Of a stretch of DNA of 64,000 bases, positions 35,992-50,400 are shown one piece after another. The notes under the pieces were generated by a model. The model was given only the letters and a program-made list of their open reading frames with translations, had not been told where the DNA came from and ran no database searches. The position numbers and the translations under genes were made by a program. Positions within the stretch are counted from its first letter, which is position 1; the number at the start of each line of letters is the position of its first letter. Source of the DNA: Macrostomum lignano (taxonomy: Eukaryota); assembly GCA_002269645.1 (NCBI GenBank), contig NIVC01001376.1, forward strand, positions 124,001 to 188,000, read 5' to 3'.

Positions 35992-37221
35992 ATGGAGCCG
36001 ATGCTGATTTCTCCTCTTCAGGCGCAGCAGCAGCAGCAGGCGCTGGCCTCCGCCGCAGGTCACCTCAGCCCCTCCTCGCCGCCACCAGCCATGGCAGCGG
36101 CAGGCTACATGCCGGGCTATCTGCTAGATGAAGCTTGGAACTCGCCAGCTGGAGCCCAAGCCGCCGGCAGCTATTACAGTGCGGCTGCGGTGCCCCCGGG
36201 TTCGAATCCTGGCCAGCTGCACTGTTATCAGCAGCAGCAACAGCAGGCCCATTGGATGCTGTCTGGCGGTCCTGGGTTCGCTTCGCCGATGTACCAGCAG
36301 CAGCAGCTGGCATTGTCAACCGGTCACTATGGCAACCAGCAGTCATCGTCGGCTTCGCCAATTCGAACTTCGCCTCCGTCGCCAAGACAGTCGCTAGTGG
36401 CGATGACTTCGGCGTCGGCTGCTGCTGCTGGTAGTCAGAAACGGCAGCCGCCGCCCACGACCAGCCTGTGGGCTCTGCAGCAGCAACAGCAGCAGCAGCA
36501 GCAACCTCCCCCTCCGCCGCCTCCGCCACCGCCCTCTCAGACCAGCACCCCGGTTCGTCCTGGGCTTCGCAACCATCCACAGCAGCACCAGCAGCAGCAG
36601 TACTTCTCTCCTGCAGCCAGCCTCAATAATCCTCTGGACACTTCAGCAGCGGCAGGAGCCGCAGGCGCTAACGCAGACGATGGCACCTGGGTGACGGTGT
36701 TCGGGTTCCCGTCTGGCTCGGTCAGCTTCGTGCTGCAGCAGCTGGCCCAGTGCGGTCGCATCGAACGGCACACTGCTCCGGCTGGCGGCGGCGCCAACTG
36801 GGTGCACGTGAAGTTCCAGAACCGAGTGCAGGCCAGGCGAGCCCTGTGCCGCAATGGCCGGGTGCTCAGCGCCAACTGCATGATCGGCGTGCAGCCCTGC
36901 CAGGACCCGGCCGCGGCCGCTGACACCTCGGTGCCCGCCGCTGTCTCCGGTACGCCGCTGGCTGAGCAAAACCAGCAGCATCAGTCGAATTTGAACGCCA
37001 CGGCAGCCAATCAGAGCGCCAACTGCTCATCCATGCGCTCATTGGCTGTGAGCCGGCTGGGCACTCCGGCTGCCTCCGCTGCCGTAGCCGGGGTCGCCGC
37101 TGGAACTCCGAGCAGGTCAACTAAGATTTCCGCTTCCACGTCCGCTGTTGATGGCAGTCGGGTGCTGAGAGAGAATCCAGGTCTGCTCAATAAGGCCATC
37201 AGCTATATGTTCGGCTGGTGA
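35992..37221 (+). CDS. NUP35: Nucleoporin Nup35/Nup53 (409 aa, single coding exon)
   Basis: MEPMLISP...YMPGYLL N-terminus, MPPN/Nup35-type RRM (DDGTWVTVFGFP...NWVHVKFQNRVQARRALCRNG) and terminal amphipathic helix LLNKAISYMFGW, matching the family's conserved ...MEYMFGW end. The ORF-track start at 35911 lies in the repeat; ATG 35992 is preferred. Confidence 0.93.
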   Translation: MEPMLISPLQAQQQQQALASAAGHLSPSSPPPAMAAAGYMPGYLLDEAWNSPAGAQAAGSYYSAAAVPPGSNPGQLHCYQQQQQQAHWMLSGGPGFASPMYQQQQLALSTGHYGNQQSSSASPIRTSPPSPRQSLVAMTSASAAAAGSQKRQPPPTTSLWALQQQQQQQQQPPPPPPPPPPSQTSTPVRPGLRNHPQQHQQQQYFSPAASLNNPLDTSAAAGAAGANADDGTWVTVFGFPSGSVSFVLQQLAQCGRIERHTAPAGGGANWVHVKFQNRVQARRALCRNGRVLSANCMIGVQPCQDPAAAADTSVPAAVSGTPLAEQNQQHQSNLNATAANQSANCSSMRSLAVSRLGTPAASAAVAGVAAGTPSRSTKISASTSAVDGSRVLRENPGLLNKAISYMFGW

Positions 37222-37267
37222 AAGCAGTGCATGTTTCTAGGTTATGCTGTTGGGGATTAACCACGTG

Positions 37268-37405
37268 TCTCACTAATCCCTGTGTTTCCATCTCTCACTT
37301 ATCCCTGATATAGCATCTCTCACTAATCCCTGAGGTCCCATCTCTCACTAATCCCTGAGATCCCATCTCTCACTAATCCCTGATATCCCATCTCTCACAA
37401 ATCCC
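37268..37405. repeat. ~24-bp repeat just 3' of Nup35
   Basis: CCATCTCTCACTAATCCCTGAGA-like units, ~5-6 copies. Confidence 0.85.
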
Positions 37406-38069
37406 TAATTTAATTTCGTATTTAAATCCTAAAATTATACCTATAAAACTATTTATTATATTCCATCATGGTTTGTTAAACACATTGGCTTATAATATTG
37501 ATAATAAACAGTTTAACAAAGAGTCGCTAAACCCATTCTGCCATTCATGCGATCGCTTAGCTTTGTCATTGCAATGTTTTTTTTTAAAAATTCGTGCCAA
37601 TATAACTGCGGAATCTTGTCAACAATCATTTTCATTGTCAGTTTCGTTGTGTAAAGTACAGCGTGTACTAAAATTCCCACCCGCCAGTTTCATATACTGG
37701 TATTTATTACAATATATTAGCAATCGTGCATAACAGCGATTAAATTGGGTTTAGCTTGACTTTGAATAAGTTTTATTTTATCACACAGTTTTTATTTGTT
37801 TATATTTATCCACGATTTATAAAATATGCCAAGCTGCTCTCTGGGCCGAGTTGTCGGTGTTTTATTTGAATTATTATCGAAATAAATCGATAGTTGACCT
37901 GTTGAGTCTGTTTTGGGGCAAATTTTGCCCCGCAGTTTGCTCAGCGGCTTCGGTTTCAAACTGCTTGAAATTCTCGATGAAAGAAAAAATCGATAAAACT
38001 ATTTTTTAAACGGTGAGATCACTTGTGTTACTGGGTTCGTTTTTTACAGGGGCTTGTGTCTTTGCCTGA

Positions 38070-39590
<1,521 letters not shown>

Positions 39591-40323
39591 TGCTTGTTGT
39601 TAGCTTTCAGTCTGTCCGTCTATGTCCGTAGTAATAACTAAATGCTGAATACTATGTATACACGGAAATGCGCTGCAAAAAGCGTTTATGAGTATCATAT
39701 GGCGTCCGGTATAATATTTTATAGAGAACTGCAATACTAAGTTAAAAATCTGTAGCGAAACACGGTAAGGCCTACTTGCAGTAGAAGAGAGAAACGATTT
39801 AAAAGTTATACTTTTCAAGAGAATTTCATCACTCAGTGGTGCCATGAGAGATCCTGCCGTTCTGCACCGTGCCCAGGAAGTTACTTAAGTTATCAGGACA
39901 GCATATGTATTGGTACGGTAAAGAAAATGTTGCACCCGAAGCAATGATCGAGAGAGCCTCCAAATTTAGTTTTTATATATATATATATATATATAGGTGG
40001 ATTACAGTATTCTTACCTACAATTAAATTAGCCAACAATTTTTTTCGATGGGGAATTTCTCTTATTCTAATAATCAACCACCTGCACAACTGCAACTTTC
40101 TGTTTCTGTATGGTTTTACTTTTACATGTACTTTTACTCACTCTGAGACCGAGTCAACATGTACATGTAACTACTACAATGAAAGATCTTTACAATTAGA
40201 GATGCGAGTGAGTGAGTGTCCGAGTGAAGTGGAGCTCATGGACCTGACGCTGTGATCGTGAGATTGCTAGCTAATAGAAATCAGGACAGCCTATGTATTG
40301 GTACGGTAAAGAAAATGTTGCAC

Positions 40324-40360
<37 letters not shown>

Positions 40361-40395
40361 TAGTGTCTGTTTGTCAGTCTGTCTGTCTGTCTTAG

Positions 40396-40430
<35 letters not shown>

Positions 40431-40996
40431 GTGTTTGTCTGTCTGTCTGTCTGCCAGTCTGTTTGTCCGTCTGTCCGTCTGTCTGTCTGCTTTGCCTGTT
40501 TGTCTCCGTCTGTGCCTGCTAGTCTATAGTTGTTTGCATGCCTCAGATTGTGTGTCTCGCGCAGTTTTTCAAATCAGAATTTATCGAGTCAATACGACCT
40601 ACGCTGGCACTGGAGTTGGTTTATAAGTGTCGTAATTGACTAAAGATCGTCTGTGTCGCGATCCTGCTGCTAAAAAATCCCTTACTGCTGCATGCAGTCC
40701 CCTTGCCGAGTCCTTTATTTGCTATCTGCTGGAACAAAAAAGAAGAATCAATATGCAAGAAAATGTCACCCTGAGTTGCTTTTTCTGCAGAACGGGACTG
40801 CAACATCTGGAGCATTGCCTGGTCGAGATAAGTGCAGCAGTTTTGGTAGCTTTTTTAGTTGCTAAGACAATTTTGTCACGTACTTGCGTACCTGATAAAC
40901 TGCCATGGAGGTGTGTTAACCGCCTCTATTTAAACACAAACAGCTTTTTTCTGGTATTGAGTATTTTTTCTTTGGAAGAATATTTATTTTGAGAGC

Positions 40997-43900
40997 ATGT
41001 TGTGGATAATTGCTGCAGTTGTAGCCATAGGTAAGTCGCTGTATTTTTATAACTACTGATTACATGTAGGTTATTCTATTGCCGCTCCAGTGCAGATGGG
41101 TTTCACTGAAAGCTATTCTAGTGCTGGGTGTACATTTAACACTGGAGTGCTTCGTGGGATTTTAGCACCTCAGGTACTTTAAGTATCCTTTATACATGTA
41201 CCACTTAAGGTATCCTGACACACTTCAAGCACACCTGACACACTTCAAGCACACCTGACACACAGTACTTCAAGCACACCTAACACACAGTACTTCAAGC
41301 ACACCTGACACACTTCAAGCACACCTGACACACTTCAAGCACACTTGACACACTTCAAGCACACCTGACACACTTCAAGCACACCTGACACACTGTACTT
41401 AAAGCACACCTGACACACTTCAAGCACACTTGACACACTTCAAGCACACCTGACACACTTCAAGCACACCTGACACACTTCAAGCACACTTGACACACTT
41501 CAAGCACACCTGACACACTTCAAGCACACCTGACACACTTCAAGCACACCTGACACACTTCAAGCACACCTGACACACTTCAAGCACACCTGACACACTT
41601 CAAGCACACCTGACACACTTCAAGCACACCTGACACACTTCAAGCACACTTGACACACTTCAAGCACACCTGACACACTTCAAGCACACCTGACACACTG
41701 TACTTAAAGCACACCTGACACACTTCAAGCACACTTGACACACTTCAAGCACACCTGACACACTTCAAGCACACCTGACACACTTCAAGCACACCTGACA
41801 CACTTCAAGCACACCTGACACACTTCAAGCACACCTGACACACTTCAAGCACACCTGACACACTGTACTTAAAGCACACCTGACACACTTCAAGCACACT
41901 TGACACACTTCAAGCACACCTGACACACTTCAAGCACACCTGACACACTTCAAGCACACTTGACACACTTCAAGCACACCTGACACACTGTACTTCAAGC
42001 ACACCTGACACACTTCAAGCACACCTGACACACTTCAAGCACACCTGACACACTTCAAGCACACCTGACACACTTCAAGCACACCTGACACACTTCAAGC
42101 ACACCTGACACACTTCAAGCACACCTGACACACTGTACTTCAAGCACACTTGACACACTTCAAGCACACCTGACACACTTCAAGCACACTTGACACACTT
42201 CAAGCACACCTGACACACTTCAAGCACACCTGACACACTTCAAACACACCTGACACACTTCAAGCACACCTGACACACTGTACTTCAAGCACACCTGACA
42301 CACTTCAAGCACACTTGACACACTTCAAGCACACCTGACACACTTCAAGCACACTTGACACACTTCAAGCACACCTGACACACTTCAAGCACACCTGACA
42401 CACTTCAAGCACACTTGACACACTTCAAGCACACCTGACACACTGTACTTCAAGCACACCTGACACACTTCAAGCACACCTGACACACTTCAAGCACACC
42501 TGACACACTTCAAGCACACCTGACACACTTCAAGCACACCTGACACACTTCAAGCACACCTGACACACTTCAAGCACACTTGACACACTTCAAGCACACC
42601 TGACACACATCAAGCACACTTGACACACTTCAAGCACACCTGACACACTTCAAGCACACTTGACACCCTTCAAGCACACCTGACACACTTCAAGCACACT
42701 TGACACACTTCAAGCACACCTGACACACTTCAAGCACACCCGACACACTTCAAGCACACCTGACACACTTCAAACACACCTGACACACTTTAAGCACACC
42801 TGACACACTTTAAGTACACCCGACACACTTCAAGCACACTTGACACACTTCAAGCACACCTGACACACTTCAAGCACACTTGACACACTTCAAGCACACC
42901 TGACACACTTCAAGCACACCCGACACACTTCAAGCACACCTGACACACTTCAAACACACCTGACACACTTTAAGCACACCTGACACACTTTAAGTACACC
43001 CGACACACTTCAAAACACATCAGAAACCCGTCAATCAAACCCCTACAGCCCTGGCCTCAGTGCCCGGCGCCGCGACCTACAAAAACCCCAACTGCGACGG
43101 CAACCGTCACGTGGTCGTGCACCTGTTCGAATGGCGCTGGAACGACATTGCGGACGAGTGCGAACGATTTCTCGGCCCCTACGGCTACTGCGGAGTGCAG
43201 GTGTCTCCGCCCAATGAGCACCGCATAGTGACCAGCCCCTACAGGCCCTGGTGGGAGCGCTACCAGCCTGTCAGCTACATCCTGGTCAGCCGGTCCGGAA
43301 ATGAGCAGGAGTTCAAAAACATGGTGGAAAAGTGCAACCGCAATGGGGTTCGGTGAGGGCATTGCAATTGAACTCCCACATTGGCTTGATATCTGCCTTT
43401 GAAGAGGGGAGAGTAGAGAGAGGAGAGTAGAGAGAGGAGAGTAGAGAGATGAGAGTAGAGAGAGTAGAGTAGAGATGAGAGTAGAGAGGAGAGTAGAGAG
43501 ATGAGAGTAGAGAGAGGAGAGTAGAGAGAGGAGAGTAGAGATATAAGAGTAGACAGATAGGAGAAGAGACAGGAGAGTAGATATAGTAGATATGAGTCTC
43601 ATAGGAGAGTAGATATGAGAGTAGAGAGATGAGATATAAGAGTAGAGAGAGGAGAGTAGACACAGGAGAGTAGGCGTATAATATGGATATTAACTCGTCC
43701 AAATCGTTAAACTAATCGGATTGTGAAAATAAAACCCAGATACTGATCAATAAAATCTGCCGATATGTATCAAAAAAGCAATAAATTGACCTCCTCAGCA
43801 TCTACGTGGACGCTGTCATCAACCACATGGCGGGCGTGGGCGTCAGCGGACGCGGCATCGCAGGCTCCTACTACGACTCGGGTAGGCAGGACTTCCCCGG

Positions 43901-46676
43901 AGTGCCCTACAGCGACTGGGACTTCAACGGGCGCGGGCAGTGCTCCACCGCCAGCTTGAACATCGAGAACTATCACGACCCGGTGCAGGTGCGCAACTGC
44001 AGACTTGTGGGCCTGACTGACCTGCAGACTGGCAAAGACTATGTGCAGCGAAGCATTGCCGGCTACCTTAATAAGCTGGTGAGGACTACTGTACCGGGTT
44101 GGGGAACAGGTGAATGGGGGAACGAATGACAGATGATCCGTGGAACAGGTGTGAACTGGGGAACTCGAGGAAAATGAATGTAGGTATATAGGACAGCAGA
44201 CGAACAGCAGAGTTCACACGTGACCAGTAAACTCGTTAAAGGTGAACAGGGGAACAGGTGAACGGGTAAACAAGGGATCAGGTGAGCAGAGGTGAACAGG
44301 GGAACAGGTGAACAAGGGAACAGGTGAACAGGGGAACACAGGTGAGCAGGGGAACAAAATGCAGTGATCAGGCTAGCAGCGGACCAACAGAACCGAAATT
44401 CGCCCATAAAAACCCGCAGGTGGACATCGGAGTTGCCGGCTTCCGCATCGACGCGGCCAAGCACATGTGGCCGGACCAAACGGGTAAACAAGGGATCAGG
44501 TGAGCAGAGGAACAGGTGAACAGGGGAACAGGGCAACAGGTGAACAGGGGAACAGGTGAACGGGGGAAGAGGTGAACAGGGGAACAGGTGAACAGGTGAA
44601 CAGGGGAACAGGTGAACAAGGGAACAGGTGAACAGGGGAACAGGTGAACAGGTGAACAGGTGAACAGGGGAACAGGTGAACAGGGGAACAGGTGAACAGG
44701 GGAACAGGTGAACAGGGGAACAGGTGAACAGGGGAACAGGTGAACAGGTGAACAGGGGAACAGGTGAACAGGGGAACAGGTGAACAAGGCAACAGGTGAA
44801 CAGGGGAACAGGGGAACAGGGGAACAGGTGAACAAGGGAACAGGTGAACAGGGGAACAGGTGAACAAGGGAACAGGTGAACAGGGGAACACAGGTGAGCA
44901 GGGGAACAAAATGCAGTGATCAGGCTAGCAGCGGACCAACAGAACCGAAATTCGCCCATAAAAACCCGCAGGTGGACATCGGAGTTGCCGGCTTCCGCAT
45001 CGACGCGGCCAAGCACATGTGGCCGGACCACATCCGCGGCATTCTCGGCCGGGTGAACAACCTGAACTCCCGCTACTTTGGCACCGGCAAGAGACCCTTC
45101 GTCTATCAGGAGGTCATCGACCTGGGCGGTGAGCCGATCAAGAACTCCGAGTACACCCCGATCGCCAGGGTCACCGAGTTCAACCATGGAGCCCACTTGA
45201 GCAGGGCCTTCAGCAAGCACTACCCGCTGAAGAACCTGCAGAACTTCGGCGAGCAGTGGGGACTCATCCACAGCAATGATGCCATGGGATTTATCGATAA
45301 TCACGACAACCAGGTGATGGGCGTTCACGTGTGTCTAACAGTTAGCGATTGTGTCTAACAGTTAGCGATTGTGTCTAACAGTTAGCGATTGTGTCTAACA
45401 GTTAGCGATTGTGTCTAACAGTTAGCGATTGTGTCTAACAGTTAGCGATTGTGTCTAACAGTAAGCGATTGTGTCTAACTATTAGCAATTGTGTCTAACA
45501 GTTAGCGATTGTGTCTAACAGTTAGCGATTGTGTCTAACTATTAGCGATTGTGTCTAACAGTTAGCGATTGTGTCTAACAGTTAGCGATTGTGTCTAACT
45601 ATTAGCGATTGTGTCTAACAGTTAGCGATTGTGTCTAACAGTTAGCGATTCTGTCTAACAGTAAGCGATTGTGTCTAACAGTTAGCGATTGTGTCTAACT
45701 ATTAGCGATTGTGTCTAACAGTTAGCGATTGTGTCTAACTATTAGCGATTGTGTCTAACAGTTAGCGATTGTGTCTAACTATTAGCGATTGTGTCTAACA
45801 GTTAGCGATTGTGTCTAACAGTTAGCGATTGTGTCTAACAGTTAGCGATTGTGTCTAACAGTTAGCGATTCTGTCTAACAGTAAGCGATTGTGTCTAACA
45901 GTTAGCGATTGTGTCTAACTATTAGCGATTGTGTCTAACAGTTAGCGATTGTGTCTAACAGTTAGCGATTGTGTCTAACAGTGATTTTCCCTAAAGGATT
46001 AATCAGCATAAGTATCTAACAGGTGTTACACAAGTATCTAACAGTGCTATCTAGGATGTCTAACAGCCGCAAAACCACTCCCAACTCCCCTCAGCGAGGT
46101 CACGGAGGCGGCGGCGCCATCCTCACCTTCCGCCAGTCGAAGATGTACAAAGCGGCGACAGCCTTCGCTTTGGCTCATCCGTACGGCTTCCTGAAGATCA
46201 TGAGCAGCTACCACTGGGACCAGCGCATCGAGAACGGCAAGGACAAGAACGACTGGATCGGACCGCCTGCCTACGGAGACGGCACCACCAAGCCTGTGCC
46301 GATCAACCCCGACCTCACCTGCGGCGACGGCTGGATCTGCGAGCATCGTTGGCGTCAGATCTACGGCATGGTGAAGTTCCGGAATGTGGTGTCGGGCACC
46401 GGCCTGAACAACTGGTGGGACAACGGCAGCCACCAGATCGCCTTCTCCAGAGGCAACCGCGGCTTCGTGGCCTTCACTCTGGGCGGCGACCTCAGGACAA
46501 GCATTCGGTCCGGCATGGCTGACGGCAGCTACTGCGATGTCATCAGCGGCGCCAAGGTGAACGGCAGGTGCACCGGCAAGACTGTCAGCGTTAGCGGCGG
46601 CGGCTGGGTGAATGTGCAGCTCAGCCAGAGCGAGGACGACGCCGTGTTGGCCATTCACGCCGAGTCCAAGCTGTAG
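40997..46676 (+). CDS. amy: Animal-type alpha-amylase (GH13), 513 aa, secreted
   Basis: Exons 40997-41030, 43049-43352, 43799-44078, 44972-45313, 46095-46676 (1542 nt, phases consistent). Signal peptide [19 protein letters not shown]; [36 protein letters not shown], catalytic [36 protein letters not shown]. Confidence 0.96.
41215..43016. repeat. 20-bp minisatellite, amylase intron 1 (~90 copies)
   Basis: Unit CACACTTCAAGCACACCTGA with CTTGA and CACTGTACTT variants. Confidence 0.98.
43385..43670. repeat. Degenerate AG-rich (GAGTAGAGAGAG) repeat, amylase intron 2
   Basis: Direct reading. Confidence 0.9.
44240..44905. repeat. 16-bp purine-rich minisatellite, amylase intron 3, interrupted by a duplicated acceptor/exon start
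   Basis: Unit AGGTGAACAGGGGAAC; block ~44290-44478 is repeated 552 bp downstream. Confidence 0.93.
45331..45982. repeat. 20-bp minisatellite, amylase intron 4
   Basis: Unit GTTAGCGATTGTGTCTAACA, ~32 copies. Confidence 0.97.
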
Positions 46677-46682
46677 TGACTC

Positions 46683-46700
46683 TGATTGATGATTGATTGG

Positions 46701-46742
<42 letters not shown>

Positions 46743-46775
46743 AATTGATTGCTTGATTGATGAATTGATCGATTG

Positions 46776-46814
<39 letters not shown>

Positions 46815-46851
46815 ATTAATTGATTGATTGATTGATTAATTGATTGATTGA

Positions 46852-46928
<77 letters not shown>

Positions 46929-46997
46929 AATTCCTTGATTGATTAATTCCTTGATTGATTGATTGATTAATTGATTGATTGATTAATTGATTGATTG

Positions 46998-47044
<47 letters not shown>

Positions 47045-47052
47045 ATTGATTA

Positions 47053-47083
<31 letters not shown>

Positions 47084-47096
47084 AATTGATTGATTA

Positions 47097-47150
<54 letters not shown>

Positions 47151-47230
47151 CGATTGATTGATCGATTGATTGATCGATTGATTGATTGATTGATTGATAA
47201 CAATTGATTGATTGATTGATTGATTGACTG
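46683..47230. repeat. (GATT)n microsatellite directly after amylase stop
   Basis: Direct reading; AATAAA follows at ~47240. Confidence 0.97.
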
Positions 47231-47474
47231 ATAAAAACAAATAAATAAATACAGAACCGAAACTCGGTTGCTTGTCAGCGCCATACGATTCTTAACAATA
47301 AATAAATGTCATTCATCTGCGATTTTAATTCTTTATTGATTCTGCACAAGTTTTCCTGTATAGTTCCAAGCCATAGGGATTCGAACAGAAGTAGAGAAGA
47401 AATCTGTTAGAGTTTTGCACTTCAGTTAAAAAAGCCGATCGGGACAATCGCCAGTCATTTGACTTTATCTGAGT

Positions 47475-50400
47475 TCATTCATCGCTAACTATTTGCTCAT
47501 GTCGGACCTCTGACACCTCGTGAGGCTCAACTTCCGTGTGCATCTCCTGCTGCTCCTCCTTCTTCTTTCGCCTCCTCTGCTTCTGGTCTCGCTCGTCCGC
47601 CGGAATCGAACCCCGCACTGCAGCCTTCGACACTACAAAAGCGTCTGGTCGCGAGTTCAACGAGTGCATGCTGGGCCTCGCGCGCGGCTCCGCCAGCTGC
47701 TCCAGCCGCTCCGAAGCCACCCACAGCAGTGCCGACTGTGGCACCTGGCTTCCAGGGTCCGCGGCCTGCGTGCGGCAAGAGCCAAGGGACAGTTATTTGA
47801 TCTGTCCTGTCTATTCCTAGCTGACCGCTGATTGGCTGATACTCGAATCGCAGCTCTCAATGTCACCAGTTTCCCTGTCAATCCCTAGCTGACCGCTGAT
47901 TGGCTGATAAGCGAATCGCAGCTCTCAATGTCACCAGTTTCCCTGTCAATCCCTAGCTGACCGCTGATTGGCTGCTAAGCGAATCGCAGCTCTCAATGTC
48001 ACCAGTTTCCCTGTCTATCCCTAGCTGACCGCTGATTGGCTGATAAGCGAATCGCAGCTCTCAGTGTCACCAGTTTCCCTGTCAATCCCTAGCTGACCGC
48101 TGATTGGCTGCTAAGCGAATCGCAGCTCTCAATGTCACCAGTTTCCCTGTCTATCCCTAGCTGACCGCTGATTGGCTGATAAGCGAATCGCAGCTCTCAG
48201 TGTCACCAGTTTTCCTGTCTATCCCTAGCTGAGCGCTGATTGGCTAGCCCATACTATTTGTCACTCTCGAATAATTGACGAACCTGAAATTCGAAGCCCA
48301 CTGGAAGAGGCTTTGGCAAACTCAGCCGCTCCATTCGCACCGAAAAAAATTGATGATGCTGCTGCTGCTGCTGACTTGAAGCAGACAGAGAAGCAGCTCT
48401 TCGACACCTCTGCCATTCCGACTCAGCGGCCACATCGTCTTGACAGTTCGGCAGCCGCCGCTGTCTCCGCGGCGGAGCAGTGGCCAGGCGCGCCAGACGC
48501 TCCATTGAAGGCCCGGAGCAGCTGCTGCTGGTGCCGATGCCTCTCCGAGACGTCCTTCCTTCTGGTGGCTGCGGAGTCGGTCGTGGCTGACTCAGCTCGA
48601 GGATTCTGTCACTGACTGGACTCAACCGACGATCAGCCCCCTTGCTGGGCGATTTCTGCTCGCCGCTGCCCCGCCTGCGGCGCTGTCTCGGCCGGCTGAG
48701 CTCGAGCACTCGAGGCGGACAGCTGGCCGAGAGAGCGGCCGGCGGCACCGGCCAGATTGGATCGGGGGTGCCGCAGGAGTACAGATGAAGGTCGCGGTAG
48801 CTGAGATATGCGGGTGACAAGTTGACTGTTTGGTGGGTGATTTTGCGGAATGAAGGAGACAGAATGCAAGTTTGCATAATGAAGTTAACAATAATGATAA
48901 TGATTAAATCGCAGGAAGGTTGGGTTGCGAGCACCATATGGAGCATGTTGCGAGTTCCAGCGCTGACGGCTAATCTGCCCATTCCGCTGACTCCTGCTGA
49001 GCACACACAAGCGCACCGATACTGTACTCAGGCACAGACTGCTCATAGCGTTTTGCTCTGCTTTTGCTCCGGATGTCCGACTGCCGACCGAAGTGAAGCC
49101 GCTGCGCTACAATGTCACCCTGTCGCCCTACATCTACGGTAGCAACGCACCAGAGTTCCATTTCACCGGCTCCATGAAGGTGAGGCTCAGCATCGAAAAC
49201 TCAACTAGCAACATTCGGGTCTACGACAGCTGCTTAGACATAAACTGCAGTGGTAGTCAGTGTTACAGCATCGATCTGGACGAGCCGCTCCCAGCGAACA
49301 GCACTGACATCGTCATCGATCCGGTCTGTGAGGCTTGTACCTAAGCTTGTACACCAAGAACGGAACCACAAAGTACCTGGCCACCTCTCACAGCTGCAAC
49401 CGACTGACGCAAGAAACAAATTTCCGTGTTCCGACGAGCCGGCATTCAAGACCATGCAGGTTCGACCTGAGTCTGGTGCGACGTCCGGACTTCATTGCAA
49501 TCAGCAGCATGCCGGCCATTCGCACTAGGAACGCGACTGATTCGACATGGTTCAGCGAGATGAGCGACTCAGAGCAGGTGTGAAGGAGGACTTTGAGACC
49601 ACTCCGATTGTGTCCGCGTACCTTCTGACGTACATCGTGTCCCAGTTTGAGCCCATGAACACTCGGGAGGCGAAAATATCGAAATTGGGCTCGACCAGAG
49701 GTCTTAACAGAACAGAATACGACCAGTTTAACCGTATTTCGTAAGTCGTATTTCAATATCTCGAATTCATTGATCAAAATCAATCAAGCAGCCATGCCTA
49801 ACTTTTCAAGTTCTGGCATGAAAAACTTGAGCCTCGTGGTTTACCACGAAAATTACCTTTTGTATGACTTTGAGCATAGCTGTACTCATTCTAAAGTGTA
49901 TGATGGGCATCCTGGCTAGTCACGAGGCTGCTAACATGTGGTTTGGAAGCTTGGTGACTCCTGAATGGTGGAACAGCCTGTGGCTCAGTGAAGGATTTGC
50001 TCTCTTTTTTGGGTAACCGTCGGATTCGGGCAAGGGTGTCGGAAACTACCTGCGTCAGAACAGCTACGGAAACACATTCCACACCGCTCTCTATGACAGT
50101 CTGACCCGGCAGTACTCCGAGTCCACAAACAAGTCTCTCGACGTCGGCTCAGTGATGGATCGCTGGATCAAGCAGATGGGCTACCCCGTGCTCAACTGTT
50201 CCGTCACAGCTGCTGGACGTCTCACACTGACGCAGAATCACTTTCTCAGCGACTCCAGTCAGGTTCCGAGCTACCCGAGCGACTACAACTACACATGGAT
50301 CATTCCTGTCACCATGGGAACCAAGCAGAACCTGACCTCGGGAACTCCTGAGGACGTGTCGGGCTTCGTGAACTGGATGGCCGAGAAGGAGCAGGCCTTC

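Noticed and set aside
37915-37931. Inverted repeat GGGGCAAA-T-TTTGCCCC
   Set aside because: Isolated 8-bp arms with no associated feature; plausible by chance in 64 kb.
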